Program-made: the position numbers and the translations under genes
Assembly (NCBI GenBank): GCA_963806535.1
Contig: CAWDYC010000005.1
Coordinates: forward strand, 320,001-384,000
Length of the DNA stretch: 64,000 nucleotides
Origin: Candidatus Bathyarchaeota archaeon
Lineage (GTDB): Archaea; Thermoproteota; Bathyarchaeia; Bathyarchaeales; Bathycorpusculaceae
Direction of reading: 5' to 3'
Shown here: positions 9,431 to 18,628 of the stretch, in pieces
Numbering within the stretch: the first letter of the stretch is position 1
Layout: every line of letters begins with the position of its first letter
Notes under the pieces: generated by a model
The model's input: only the letters and a program-made list of their open reading frames with translations
What the model was told of the DNA's origin: nothing
Databases searched by the model: none

Positions 9431-9969
9431 GTTCATTAAAGAATCTTGATGATCTTCTTGACGCTTTGGACGAAAAAAGCAAGCAGATGACGGTATATCT
9501 CTTGAACGAGCGCCATGCAGAGTTAAGAGAGTTGGCTAACCTGATTTGTGCCGCTTCAGATATGGAAGTCCTCATGATAATTAGAGAAATCATTAACCCT
9601 AAAGCTAAAGAAATCGTGGGTAAACCCATCGTTTCTTTTCAACGGTCAAAAATGGATTCGTTGACCGGCGAAATGATCATGTTTAGTTGGTGGGTTGATG
9701 AATATCTCGCAAGCAGTGTTCGTACTGAGGAACTATTAGATATTATAGATGAAGAAGATATCATAAGAATTGTTGCGGAGTTGCCTTCAACAGAGAAACA
9801 AATCCAAGTAAAATTAGCAGAGTCTCATCTAATAATATCTGGACGACAATACTACAAAGAACTCTCACTCCCTTGCCTCGTCAAAGATAAAATTGAAAAA
9901 ACCATCAACAACGGCGTTTTAGAAGTAAAATTAAACAAAAAGGCGGTATTACATTGCCAATTGAAATAA
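9427..9969 (+). CDS. GvpH/Hsp20-like protein
   Basis: C-terminal alpha-crystallin-like DIIDEEDIIRIVAELP...NNGVLEVKL; TTG start overlaps gvpJ stop. Confidence 0.65.
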   Translation: MSSLKNLDDLLDALDEKSKQMTVYLLNERHAELRELANLICAASDMEVLMIIREIINPKAKEIVGKPIVSFQRSKMDSLTGEMIMFSWWVDEYLASSVRTEELLDIIDEEDIIRIVAELPSTEKQIQVKLAESHLIISGRQYYKELSLPCLVKDKIEKTINNGVLEVKLNKKAVLHCQLK

Positions 9970-10271
9970 ATGAGAGCGATCTGAAATCAGGGCTTCTTGG
10001 AGTAATTGTTACTCTAGTTGAAGTTATACAAGATGTTCTTGAAAGAGAAGCTATACGGAGAATGGAGTCAGGCAGGCTAAACGCTGAAGAAATAGAAAGA
10101 TTAGGAAAGGGATTGATGGAGCTTGATGAAGCACTTGAAAACATCAAAGAAGAAAATTCTCTCCAATCTATAGTTAGATCTTTACGAACAGACATGGACC
10201 GATTAGTGGAAGACACTATTGATCTCATGGCTAATCCAGAAAATATGGCTATTAAGAGTGACTCCAAATGA
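9954..10271 (+). CDS. gvpK: Gas vesicle protein GvpK
   Basis: GLLGVIVTLVEVIQDVLEREAIRRMESGRLNAEEIERLGKGL. Confidence 0.92.
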   Translation: MPIEINESDLKSGLLGVIVTLVEVIQDVLEREAIRRMESGRLNAEEIERLGKGLMELDEALENIKEENSLQSIVRSLRTDMDRLVEDTIDLMANPENMAIKSDSK

Positions 10272-11074
10272 CTCAAACATGCGTTAGTGAAGAAGGAAGA
10301 TACCTCTATTGTGTCATCAATAGTGGAATCGAAAAGAATTTTGGGCAAGTAGGCGTTGAAGATAGCACCGTTAGTGTAGTTGCTTTCAAAGACATTGGTG
10401 TAGTTGTCCACTCATGTAAAGCAAAGCCCTATGAAACAAAGTCAAAAGAAGAAGCGGGCGAGTGGATTTTAGCTCACCAATACGTTATTGATCTTGCAAC
10501 AGTTGAATACGGAACCGTTATTCCGTTAACCTTCGATACAATTTTCAAGGGAAACGACAAAACTCTCACGGATTGGCTCAATGAGGAGTACGCTTATCTT
10601 AAAGCTATGCTAGCAAAACTCGAAGGAAAAGCTGAATACGGAGTTCAGGTTTTCATTAAAAACGAAACTTTTGAAAAATCACTGAGTAACAATGAAGAAA
10701 TCATTGGTTTAGAAAAAAAACTTGAAAACACAAGCAGCGGTGCAAGTTACCTAATTAGAAAGAAGCTGGAACAAAAAATGCAGCTTGAAAAACAGCTTAT
10801 AATAGGCAACTACACAAAAAATCTTTGTTGCCAAATCGAGAAAGTTGTCGACGATATAAAGTTTAGTTCAACAAGCAAAGAAGTTCCCAAGCAATGGCAA
10901 GACCAACAAATGATTCTAAACATAACTTGCCTAGCAAAAAAAGAGAAAATCGGAACCTTAGGAAGTGTGCTAGGGCTTCTTAAGAATGAAGGGTTTGCTG
11001 TTAGATTTACTGGACCTTGGCCGCCTTACTCTTTTGTTGGGCAAATGAGTAAATCAAAAATAAGGGGAAACTAA
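10268..11074 (+). CDS. gvpL: Gas vesicle protein GvpL
   Basis: GRYLYCVI, WILAHQYVID, GTVIPLTFDTIF, RFTGPWPPYSF. Confidence 0.88.
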   Translation: MTQTCVSEEGRYLYCVINSGIEKNFGQVGVEDSTVSVVAFKDIGVVVHSCKAKPYETKSKEEAGEWILAHQYVIDLATVEYGTVIPLTFDTIFKGNDKTLTDWLNEEYAYLKAMLAKLEGKAEYGVQVFIKNETFEKSLSNNEEIIGLEKKLENTSSGASYLIRKKLEQKMQLEKQLIIGNYTKNLCCQIEKVVDDIKFSSTSKEVPKQWQDQQMILNITCLAKKEKIGTLGSVLGLLKNEGFAVRFTGPWPPYSFVGQMSKSKIRGN

Positions 11075-11076
11075 AA

Positions 11077-12057
11077 ATGGCAAAATACATTTATGGAATC
11101 ATAAACTCAGATGACAAAAAAAACTTTGGAAACATTGGAATGGATAACGGCGAAACTTACAGTGTCCAATTCGAAGATATATGCGCTGTTGTGAGTGATG
11201 TGTTTGAAGACTGCAGAATTGGCGTCGAAGAAGCGAGAATTCATGATAAAGTTTTACGAAAGATTATGGATCCTTATTCCGTGATTCCAATGGGTTTCGG
11301 ATCAATAGCGAAGAATGACGCAGAGATAAAGAACATTCTAAAACGGGGTAAAATGAAACTTAAGAACACCTTGGAAAAAGTTGATAATAAATTGCAAATT
11401 GACATAAAGATTTCTTGGGATAAAACAATCCTTGCAATCATCTTAAAGGAAAATACCAAAATCCAAGAGCTAATCAATGCAGCTAAGGAAAACACGGATC
11501 AATCAAGCAGAATTGAGTTAGGCAGAAAAGTTAAATCAGCGCTTGATGAAAAGAAAGCTAAATATTTAGCCCACATAGAAAATTCACTGAAGAGCTTTTC
11601 AATGGATTTTGAAGAGAACAAAAACGTAGACCAAGACACTATTTTGAATGCTGCTTTCTTGATTGATAAAAACCAAGAGCAAGAATTCTACGCTAAATTG
11701 ACTGATTTAGAGAAAAAATATGATGGTAAACTTAAGTTTCTCTCCGTTGGTCCGTTGCCAGCTTATAATTTTACAAAAATCGTTGTTGGAAGAATAGATT
11801 ATGAAGCCTTAGAGGAAGCAAGGAGAACATTGGGTTTAAGTCAAGAAGTTAGCATATCTGAGATTAACTCAGCATATAGCAGTTTGGCACGAAAATATCA
11901 TCCTGATCTCCATCCAAACGATCCATCAAGTGAGAAAAAATTCAAGAAAATAATAGAAGCCAAATCTTTAATGGAAAGATATTGTGAACATTACCTTTGC
12001 TCGATTGAGAAAACAAAAGTTGAAGAAAACATCATTGTCGAGGAAAAAACTAGCTAA
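11077..12057 (+). CDS. GvpF/L-family protein with C-terminal DnaJ J-domain
   Basis: KYIYGII...SVIPMGFG...VGPLPAYNF followed by ARRTLGL...EINSAYSSLARKYHPD...KFKKI. Confidence 0.85.
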   Translation: MAKYIYGIINSDDKKNFGNIGMDNGETYSVQFEDICAVVSDVFEDCRIGVEEARIHDKVLRKIMDPYSVIPMGFGSIAKNDAEIKNILKRGKMKLKNTLEKVDNKLQIDIKISWDKTILAIILKENTKIQELINAAKENTDQSSRIELGRKVKSALDEKKAKYLAHIENSLKSFSMDFEENKNVDQDTILNAAFLIDKNQEQEFYAKLTDLEKKYDGKLKFLSVGPLPAYNFTKIVVGRIDYEALEEARRTLGLSQEVSISEINSAYSSLARKYHPDLHPNDPSSEKKFKKIIEAKSLMERYCEHYLCSIEKTKVEENIIVEEKTS

Positions 12058-12073
12058 ACTGTTCAGGTGTATA

Positions 12074-14002
12074 ATGATGATTCGAACAATCGGGATTGAT
12101 CTTGGGACTTCTAATTCTGCGGCTGCCGTTATGAAAGATGGAAAAATAAGACTTGTTCCGGCCGTCGAAGGACAAAATGTTTATGGGAAAATGTTTCCTT
12201 CAATTGTCGCTTTCAAAGTAGATGGGGAAATACTTGTTGGCAAAGATGCCAAAAAATACTCTTACGAACACCCTGAACGAACCGTTAGATGGATTAAGAG
12301 AAAAATAGGAACAGATTACACTGAGAACATCGATGGCCAATCATATAGCCCCCAAGAAATATCGGCTATGATTCTCAAAAAGATAAAAAAAGATGCTGAA
12401 AACTACATAGGCGAAAAAATAGAAAAGGCAGTAATTTCTGCGCCAGCCTACTTTAATAATAATCAAAGGAATGCAACTAAAGAAGCTGGGGAAATAGCCG
12501 GTTTTGAAGTTTTAAGAATAGTGAGTGAACCCACCGCAGCTTCATTAGCTTATGGTCTAGATAAGGTGGGTAAAAATCTGAAAGTAGCAGTGCTAGATTT
12601 GGGCGCTGGAACTTTCGATGTGACCATACTGGAGATGAACAAAGGGCTATTTCAGGTTCTGTCTACCAGCGGAGATATTCATCTTGGAGGCAAGGACATG
12701 GATGATTCGATTCTAGAGTACCTTCTGGAAGAAGTTGAAGAGAAACATGGCGTTTGCTTAGAGAACAATTCTAAAAACCTAAACTTGCTAAGAGATGCTG
12801 GAGAAATCGCCAAGATTCAACTTTCAACCAAACACTCAACCTCGATAGATACTGGAATCAAACTTAACCATTCCAAAAAAAGAATTAGCATAAGTTTGAC
12901 TCGAAAAAAGCTTGAACAGTTAATTAATCCACAACTTGAGAGATTACTAAATCCAATAGAAAACTCTCTTAAAGACTCCGGCTTAAGTTCTCAGAATATA
13001 GATAAATTAATTTTAGTAGGAGGACCAACCAGGATGCCCATAGTTAGAAAATACTTTGGAACTTATTTTAAAACAAAACCTGAAGTAGGCATAGACCCCA
13101 TGGGAATAGTTGCTACAGGTGCCAGCGTTCAAGCAAGTGTCTTGAATGGCGAAATAAAAGAAATGCTATTGCTAGACGTTACTCCCCTATCTTTGGGAGT
13201 TGAGACATCAGGCGGACTCTTTACAAGGCTAATCAAACGAAACAGTACGATTCCAACAGAGGAAAACATGACTTTTGCCACCCAAGAAGATTACCAAACA
13301 TCAATGATGATCCATGTCTTACAAGGTGAACGCGAAATGGCTAAAGATAATACTTCCGTAGGGTTGTTTAAAATCGACTGTATCCCAAAGGCACCCAAAT
13401 ACGAACAAAAAGTGGAAGTAACATTCAAAATAGATACAAACGGCATTTTGATTGTCTCCGCTGAAATCTTGGAAACAGGAAAAATTGAAGCTATCAAGAT
13501 TTCAGAGACAAGCAATCTTTCGCAGGATGAAATTATCAAGAGAATTATTGAAGCAACTAAGTTCAACGAGACGGACGAGAAAGAAAAAGAGTGCATCGAA
13601 ATTCAAAATCAAGCTGCAGCCACGATCCAATCTACAAAGAGATTTATTGAAGAGGCAGGAGGAAAAATCTCTCCTGAAGATAAGAAAAAACTTGAAACGG
13701 GTTTGCACCACTTACAAACAGCCATGAAAGCACATGAACCTCCGAGAGTTAAGTTATCTACTAGTAAACTTCTCGAACTTAAGGACGGTCTAATTGCAAA
13801 AACGAAAAAGGTAGGCCAAGCAAAGGTGTTACTTTCCGCTGCGGAAAAAAGATTAGGTAGCAAAGTATCTGAAAAGAAAAAGAAAGAGCTCAAGGCATCA
13901 ATAAGAAAGATTGAGCAAGCGTCACAGGAATGCGTAACTCAAGAGTTCATTAATTTAAGAGAAATGCTTGTTTTGTTAGAGGCGGATTGCGGAGAGGATT
14001 AA
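12074..14002 (+). CDS. dnaK: Hsp70/DnaK chaperone (divergent, gvp-cluster copy)
   Basis: IGIDLGTSNS, PAYFNNNQRNATKEAG, EPTAASLAYG, LGGKDMD, LVGGPTRMP, LLLDVTPLSLG. Confidence 0.92.
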   Translation: MMIRTIGIDLGTSNSAAAVMKDGKIRLVPAVEGQNVYGKMFPSIVAFKVDGEILVGKDAKKYSYEHPERTVRWIKRKIGTDYTENIDGQSYSPQEISAMILKKIKKDAENYIGEKIEKAVISAPAYFNNNQRNATKEAGEIAGFEVLRIVSEPTAASLAYGLDKVGKNLKVAVLDLGAGTFDVTILEMNKGLFQVLSTSGDIHLGGKDMDDSILEYLLEEVEEKHGVCLENNSKNLNLLRDAGEIAKIQLSTKHSTSIDTGIKLNHSKKRISISLTRKKLEQLINPQLERLLNPIENSLKDSGLSSQNIDKLILVGGPTRMPIVRKYFGTYFKTKPEVGIDPMGIVATGASVQASVLNGEIKEMLLLDVTPLSLGVETSGGLFTRLIKRNSTIPTEENMTFATQEDYQTSMMIHVLQGEREMAKDNTSVGLFKIDCIPKAPKYEQKVEVTFKIDTNGILIVSAEILETGKIEAIKISETSNLSQDEIIKRIIEATKFNETDEKEKECIEIQNQAAATIQSTKRFIEEAGGKISPEDKKKLETGLHHLQTAMKAHEPPRVKLSTSKLLELKDGLIAKTKKVGQAKVLLSAAEKRLGSKVSEKKKKELKASIRKIEQASQECVTQEFINLREMLVLLEADCGED

Positions 14003-14003
14003 T

Positions 14004-14606
14004 TTGCAACCTTCAAGGGATGGAGCTCTTGTCGATCTTATTGATAGAATTTTAGTCAAAGGCGTAATTCTTCATGCAGATGTAATAATTTCAGTTTCCG
14101 GTGTCCCACTAATTGGGATTAACCTGAAAGCTGCAATTGCTGGTTTGACTACTATGGTCGACTATGGGATGATGGGAACATGGGATGAACAAATCAGAAA
14201 AACCGTTCTAACTGAAAGCATCGAGGAAGCCCCATTAATTAAGGATGAGGAAATTATTCTAAAGACTTTTGGCTCATATTTTTGTCATAACAGATCTGTT
14301 TCTGGGGTATGGAGACCAGGCTTTCTTTATGTTACAAACAAAAGATTGTTCCTTTTCAAGAAGAACCCGAGTGAATTTTTGTTTGAGACCCCTATAGACA
14401 ACATAAAAGGATTGTCTGTCGATATGACCAGAAACTTGGAAGAAGAAAACAAGGCTCTTCAAGTTTTGGTTAAAAAAGATCTTACAACCACAGAGATAGT
14501 GTTAATTCGTACCGCAAAAAAAGATGTTCTAAAAAGTAAACTTGAAGAAATATTGGCAGAAACTAGGCAATCAGAAAAAGTTTTAGTTCCCGTTAATTTA
14601 ATCTAG
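14004..14606 (+). CDS. GvpM/J-family protein fused to GRAM/PH-like domain
   Basis: LVDLIDRILVKGVILHADVIISVSGVPLIGINLKAAIAG; C-term WRPGFLYVTNKRLFLF. Confidence 0.75.
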   Translation: MQPSRDGALVDLIDRILVKGVILHADVIISVSGVPLIGINLKAAIAGLTTMVDYGMMGTWDEQIRKTVLTESIEEAPLIKDEEIILKTFGSYFCHNRSVSGVWRPGFLYVTNKRLFLFKKNPSEFLFETPIDNIKGLSVDMTRNLEEENKALQVLVKKDLTTTEIVLIRTAKKDVLKSKLEEILAETRQSEKVLVPVNLI

Positions 14607-14620
14607 TTTTTTTGGTTATC

Positions 14621-15001
14621 CTATTTGGATCCACATTTTTTGATAAAGTTGGACAATATATTAGTGGACAAGTTAAAAGCAACTATTTTTTTTCTGAATA
14701 TCTCTTTTCCTTTTAACGTTAATTGGTAAAAAGTTTTTCCATCGTCTGAAACTGATTTTATCAACTGCTCATTTTCTAAACTGTGAAGCAAAGGATATAG
14801 TGTAGCTGGACTCAACAGAATACCAAACTCTTTATGGATTATAGCTATGATTTTATAGCCATAGGTTGATCTTCCATTCAACATTGACAGAATTACTATG
14901 TCCAAGAAAGTTTTGACGTGTTTCTCGATTGTTTGATCTTCAGGCATTAAATTATCTAAAAATGAAAACTCGAATTCGTTAGCATTTCTTGTTTCCAACA
15001 T
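14621..15001 (-). CDS. PadR/GvpE-like transcriptional regulator
   Basis: KTFLDIVILSML...YGYKIIAIIHKEFGILLSPATLYPLLHSLE...YQLTLKG. Confidence 0.85.
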   Translation of the reverse strand: MLETRNANEFEFSFLDNLMPEDQTIEKHVKTFLDIVILSMLNGRSTYGYKIIAIIHKEFGILLSPATLYPLLHSLENEQLIKSVSDDGKTFYQLTLKGKEIFRKKIVAFNLSTNILSNFIKKCGSK

Positions 15002-15320
15002 TTCTTATTCTTCTCCTTTATCTTCAATTAAATTAGTTTCCAGATCATTTCGAAGCTAGGAAACCTTAGTCCTGATTGATCCTATGTATTTAAAAAGAAT
15101 TATGAACAGCTATCATTCTCTATTCGGAATGTGAATATTCAAGTTAAATTACTAGAGTCTTAATCAGCAAAATGCCAAAGCATTTTTAGAAACCTTCACT
15201 GCTTGAACTCCAACAAAGTTAACAGAACGAATAATCCACAAGCACAACTAGAAGTTAATACTTGAAATTCATAAATATTATTAATATTTTAGGCATTTTC
15301 AGCAATGGTGAGGTGTTAAA

Positions 15321-15449
15321 TTGTTATCTCGTGATTGTGACGGTTGCGAAAGACAACTTTTCGAATGTAAACGCCGCTTTTTCAGAGTTTGCATCGGCGA
15401 AAAAGTTTTTTGTCCAGATGGCACAGCCCATCTAGTCGACAGCGAATAG
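15321..15449 (+). CDS. Small Cys/His-rich protein (42 aa)
   Basis: GGTGAGGTG RBS, TTG start: MLSRDCDGCERQLFECKRRFFRVCIGEKVFCPDGTAHLVDSE. Confidence 0.55.
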   Translation: MLSRDCDGCERQLFECKRRFFRVCIGEKVFCPDGTAHLVDSE

Positions 15450-15609
15450 TTAAAATGAACGATTGAAGACCCATCGCCAACGCTATCGTATACTCTTCAG
15501 AAATTTGTCTCAAAGTGCTTCGAATATTTAGTCTCTTGAACCATTTTTCATTTTGCTAGAAAAATTTCAGACATGAAACATATAAACTGGCTTTTTTTAG
15601 GGATGGAAG

Positions 15610-15685
15610 CGGGCCCGGTGGGATTTGAACCCACGATCTCCGGCTCCGAAGGCCGACACCTTAATCCGTGCTAGGCTACGAGCCC
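15610..15685 (-). tRNA. tRNA-Arg (anticodon TCG)
   Basis: Reverse complement GGGCTCGTAGCCTAGC...TCGGC-CT-TCG-GA-GCCGG...GGTTCAAATCCCACCGGGCCC folds as a cloverleaf. Confidence 0.92.
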
Positions 15686-15758
15686 TTTTCCATCAAAAAC
15701 CTCTAGCATACGGTGCTAAAGGTGATACCACGGTTTTATTTAGCCTTTGCATCTCTTT

Positions 15759-15953
15759 TTAGTCAGTTTTGGGTTTACGATACCACGAAACACCATCACC
15801 GTCCCTCTCGATAAACTCATAACTTTTCTGTATTGCCTGGCGTCTTTCCTGGCTGCTTCTAGCCTCAACTATCGTATATTCTTGGTCGCCAAAACATTGT
15901 TCTGCCAGTCGCGCGTAGATTTGAACATACGCTAAAGAACTGTGCCCCAGCAA
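15759..15953 (-). pseudogene. C-terminal relic of tyrosine recombinase/integrase
   Basis: LGHSSLAYVQIY (catalytic H..Y motif) then ...YEFIERDGDGVSWYRKPK; no intact upstream frame; adjacent to tRNA. Confidence 0.7.
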
Positions 15954-16300
15954 ATATTGAACCGAGTCAGAATTGCCCTTTGCGTGACGTTATTTTGTTG
16001 CACTCAATATCTGCAGCTATAAAAGCTAATCTTTTTCTGCTCTGAATTGTTGAACCATAACGCTAGTATACGGTGCTATCGTGGCACGCTGATTTTGGCG
16101 TCGGAAGAGACCTGGACTCTTTCGGGATCAAATGTATAATTGCAGAGGGAAAACAGTATAAATGGCGGTTGCTCGTCATCGGTTCCCGTCGGACAGCCTT
16201 TGTTTGCTTCTCTTTGTTACAAAAGCTTTTGAGGAATTTCTTTAGCTTAATTTACCGAAACATTTGCCTTGCTTTTCTTCGTGAGCCGCTAAAGCAATCG

Positions 16301-16355
16301 AAAGCGTCCCTTAGTTGGCGCTGCCATGGCTGACTATATACATCGCCATTGGAAT
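16301..16355 (+). repeat. 55-bp dispersed direct repeat, copy 1 (copy 2 at 27477-27531)
   Basis: aaagcgtcccttagttggcgctgccatggctgactatatacatcgccattggaat; 49/55 identical by manual alignment. Confidence 0.8.
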
Positions 16356-16525
16356 CATTAGATCCACAGAAAATATCTAGAAAAGCGGTGGGATAGAAAA
16401 CGCTTTTTTATAATTTGATGTCTCGGTTGAGAGTCACATCCGTTGTTGCCATTGAATAGTTTATGGTTGTTGACTGGAAAGTGGCGGTTTCTTGCATTGA
16501 GCATTCGATTTTTTCTCGATTCGTC

Positions 16526-16575
16526 AAAAGATTTATTAGCAATATCGATTAGTCGATACATCGATTAAACGATAT
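16526..16575 (+). promoter_or_regulatory. Promoter/operator with TCGAT repeats, duplicated at 18578-18628
   Basis: aaagatttattagca...tcgatta.tcgata.atcgattaaacgatat upstream of both the ABC operon and padR. Confidence 0.7.
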
Positions 16576-16592
16576 CGAATAGGCGATAATAA

Positions 16593-17633
16593 ATGTCTAA
16601 GCAAACTGAAACTCAGGTTGAAAACCTAAAGAAACTATCTACAACAAAAAGACAAAGTGCTCTAGCCGTAGAAGCAAAAGGGCTCGTCAAAATTTTTGGC
16701 GATAATCGTGCAGTTGATGGCGTGGATTTAGCCATACCGACAGGCTATATATATGGTTTACTTGGACCAAACGGTGCAGGTAAGACAACAATCATCAATA
16801 TGCTTGCAACACTACTAAAGCCAGACGGCGGCACCGCTAAAATATTTGGCCATGACGTACAGCGTGAAGCGCAAATCGTCCGTCAGCTAATCAGTGTAAC
16901 TGACCAAGATGCTGCTCTTGACGAGAAACTATCCGCAGCCGAGAACTTGAGAATCTTTGGAATGTTACTTGGATTAAGTATATCTGAAGCACGCAAGAGA
17001 ACCACAGAGCTGCTAGAAGAATTTGGGTTAACCGAAGCTGCCAACCGACCAGTCGAGAAGTTCTCTGGCGGTATGAGACACAAGCTCGATTTCGCGGCAA
17101 GCCTCATTGTGCAATCACCACTCATTTTTCTCGATGAACCCACAACAGGACTTGACCCGCGGACAAGAAATCAAATGTGGAAAATTATCCGACAAATTGC
17201 TTCGTCTGGGTCAACAATTCTCTTAACGACTCAGTATCTCGATGAAGCTGACCAGCTTGCTGACCGAATTGTCGTTATCGACCATGGACGTGTAGTGGCT
17301 GAAGGTACACCTAACGAGTTAAAAGCCAAAGTCGGAAGCGCAACGTTGCATCTACGACTCGAAAATGAGAAAGATAACGCCAAGGCAATGAGCATCGTTC
17401 AAACAGTACTAAAGACAAAAGCATCGACAAACGAGCCCACACTAATCACTGCCCCCATGGCAGATCCTGAACGCGTAACCGATTTACTCCTCGCTCTGCG
17501 CAAAGAAAACATTCGCCCTTCTAGAGTGAACGTGCAAGAACCAACTCTAGACGAAGTTTTCTTCATTCTTACCGGTGAAAGCAAACATGAACATGAAAGC
17601 AAGCAAACACAAAAAGGAGCGAGCAAGCAATGA
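16593..17633 (+). CDS. DrrA-type ABC exporter ATP-binding subunit
   Basis: GPNGAGKTT, FSGGMR, FLDEPTTGLDP, PTLDEVF. Confidence 0.92.
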   Translation: MSKQTETQVENLKKLSTTKRQSALAVEAKGLVKIFGDNRAVDGVDLAIPTGYIYGLLGPNGAGKTTIINMLATLLKPDGGTAKIFGHDVQREAQIVRQLISVTDQDAALDEKLSAAENLRIFGMLLGLSISEARKRTTELLEEFGLTEAANRPVEKFSGGMRHKLDFAASLIVQSPLIFLDEPTTGLDPRTRNQMWKIIRQIASSGSTILLTTQYLDEADQLADRIVVIDHGRVVAEGTPNELKAKVGSATLHLRLENEKDNAKAMSIVQTVLKTKASTNEPTLITAPMADPERVTDLLLALRKENIRPSRVNVQEPTLDEVFFILTGESKHEHESKQTQKGASKQ

Positions 17634-18448
17634 CAACAAAAATTGTTCCAGGCGTTGAACGCAAACTAAAGAACCGCACAAGCATTCCTATGACTATCCG
17701 GAACTCATTAACCATGGCTTATCGTCATTTGCTTCTGATTCGTCGAGACCCAGGGCAACTTTTTGACGTTATCGTACAACCCATTTTATTCACGCTCTTG
17801 TTTACCTTCCTCTTTGGAGGCGCAGTCTCGGGCAACATCACTAGTTATCTGCCAATAATTATACCAGGCATCATGGTCCAGACTGCGTTGACTGCTACCA
17901 GCGCTATGGGCGTGAAACTCCGCGAGGATATGGAGAAGGGCGTGTTCAATCGTTTCAAATCCCTTCCAATCTCACACGAAGCCCCCTTAACCGGGGCAGC
18001 GATAGCAGACTTGCTACGCTACAGCATCGCCACCTCTCTGGTAATAGTCATGGGTTATATCCTTGGTTTCCGATTGGCTAGTATTGGGGGCGTTGTTGCT
18101 GGCGGTCTTCTGGTTATTCTGGCTGCCTGGTGTATCAGCTGGATATTTGCTTTAATGGGCGTCATCGGTAATTCGGCAACCAGTGTGCAGGGCATCTCTT
18201 TTGCCATCCTGTTTCCGCTAACTTTCCTATCCAATGCCTTTGTACCTACCAACACACTGCCCAACTGGCTGCAAACATTTGTCAAGTTAAATCCAGTAAC
18301 CTATCTTGTTGATGCAATTCGACAGCTTTTCAATCAAGGCACTATCGGTAATGACTTCTGGCTATCACTCATCGGAATAGGAGTAATTGTGGCTATATTC
18401 GTGCCCCTCACTATAGCAGCCTACATGCGAAAAATACAATCAGAATAG
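17630..18448 (+). CDS. DrrB-type ABC-2 permease
   Basis: Hydrophobic; PLTFLSNAFVP..LPNWLQ..NPVT. Confidence 0.9.
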   Translation: MTTKIVPGVERKLKNRTSIPMTIRNSLTMAYRHLLLIRRDPGQLFDVIVQPILFTLLFTFLFGGAVSGNITSYLPIIIPGIMVQTALTATSAMGVKLREDMEKGVFNRFKSLPISHEAPLTGAAIADLLRYSIATSLVIVMGYILGFRLASIGGVVAGGLLVILAAWCISWIFALMGVIGNSATSVQGISFAILFPLTFLSNAFVPTNTLPNWLQTFVKLNPVTYLVDAIRQLFNQGTIGNDFWLSLIGIGVIVAIFVPLTIAAYMRKIQSE

Positions 18449-18577
18449 AATAAGTGAATCGTAATCTCTGTCTCCACTATTTTTTTCTAAGAATTTTTTT
18501 TATCTTTTTCTTCTGAATAATCATTTACAAGAAAGTGACTCTTTAGCAAAGATGATTTGCGTTACCACTAATTTTTA

Positions 18578-18628
18578 AAAAGATTTATTAGCATACTTCG
18601 ATTATTCGATATATCGATTAAACGATAT
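18578..18628 (+). promoter_or_regulatory. Second copy of the TCGAT-repeat operator upstream of padR
   Basis: Matches 16526-16575. Confidence 0.7.

Noticed and set aside
16301-16355. Fluoride-riboswitch-like GGCGATG on the minus strand of the 55-bp repeat
   Set aside because: The remaining consensus and pseudoknot pairing are missing, and copy 2 changes the motif to GGTGACG.
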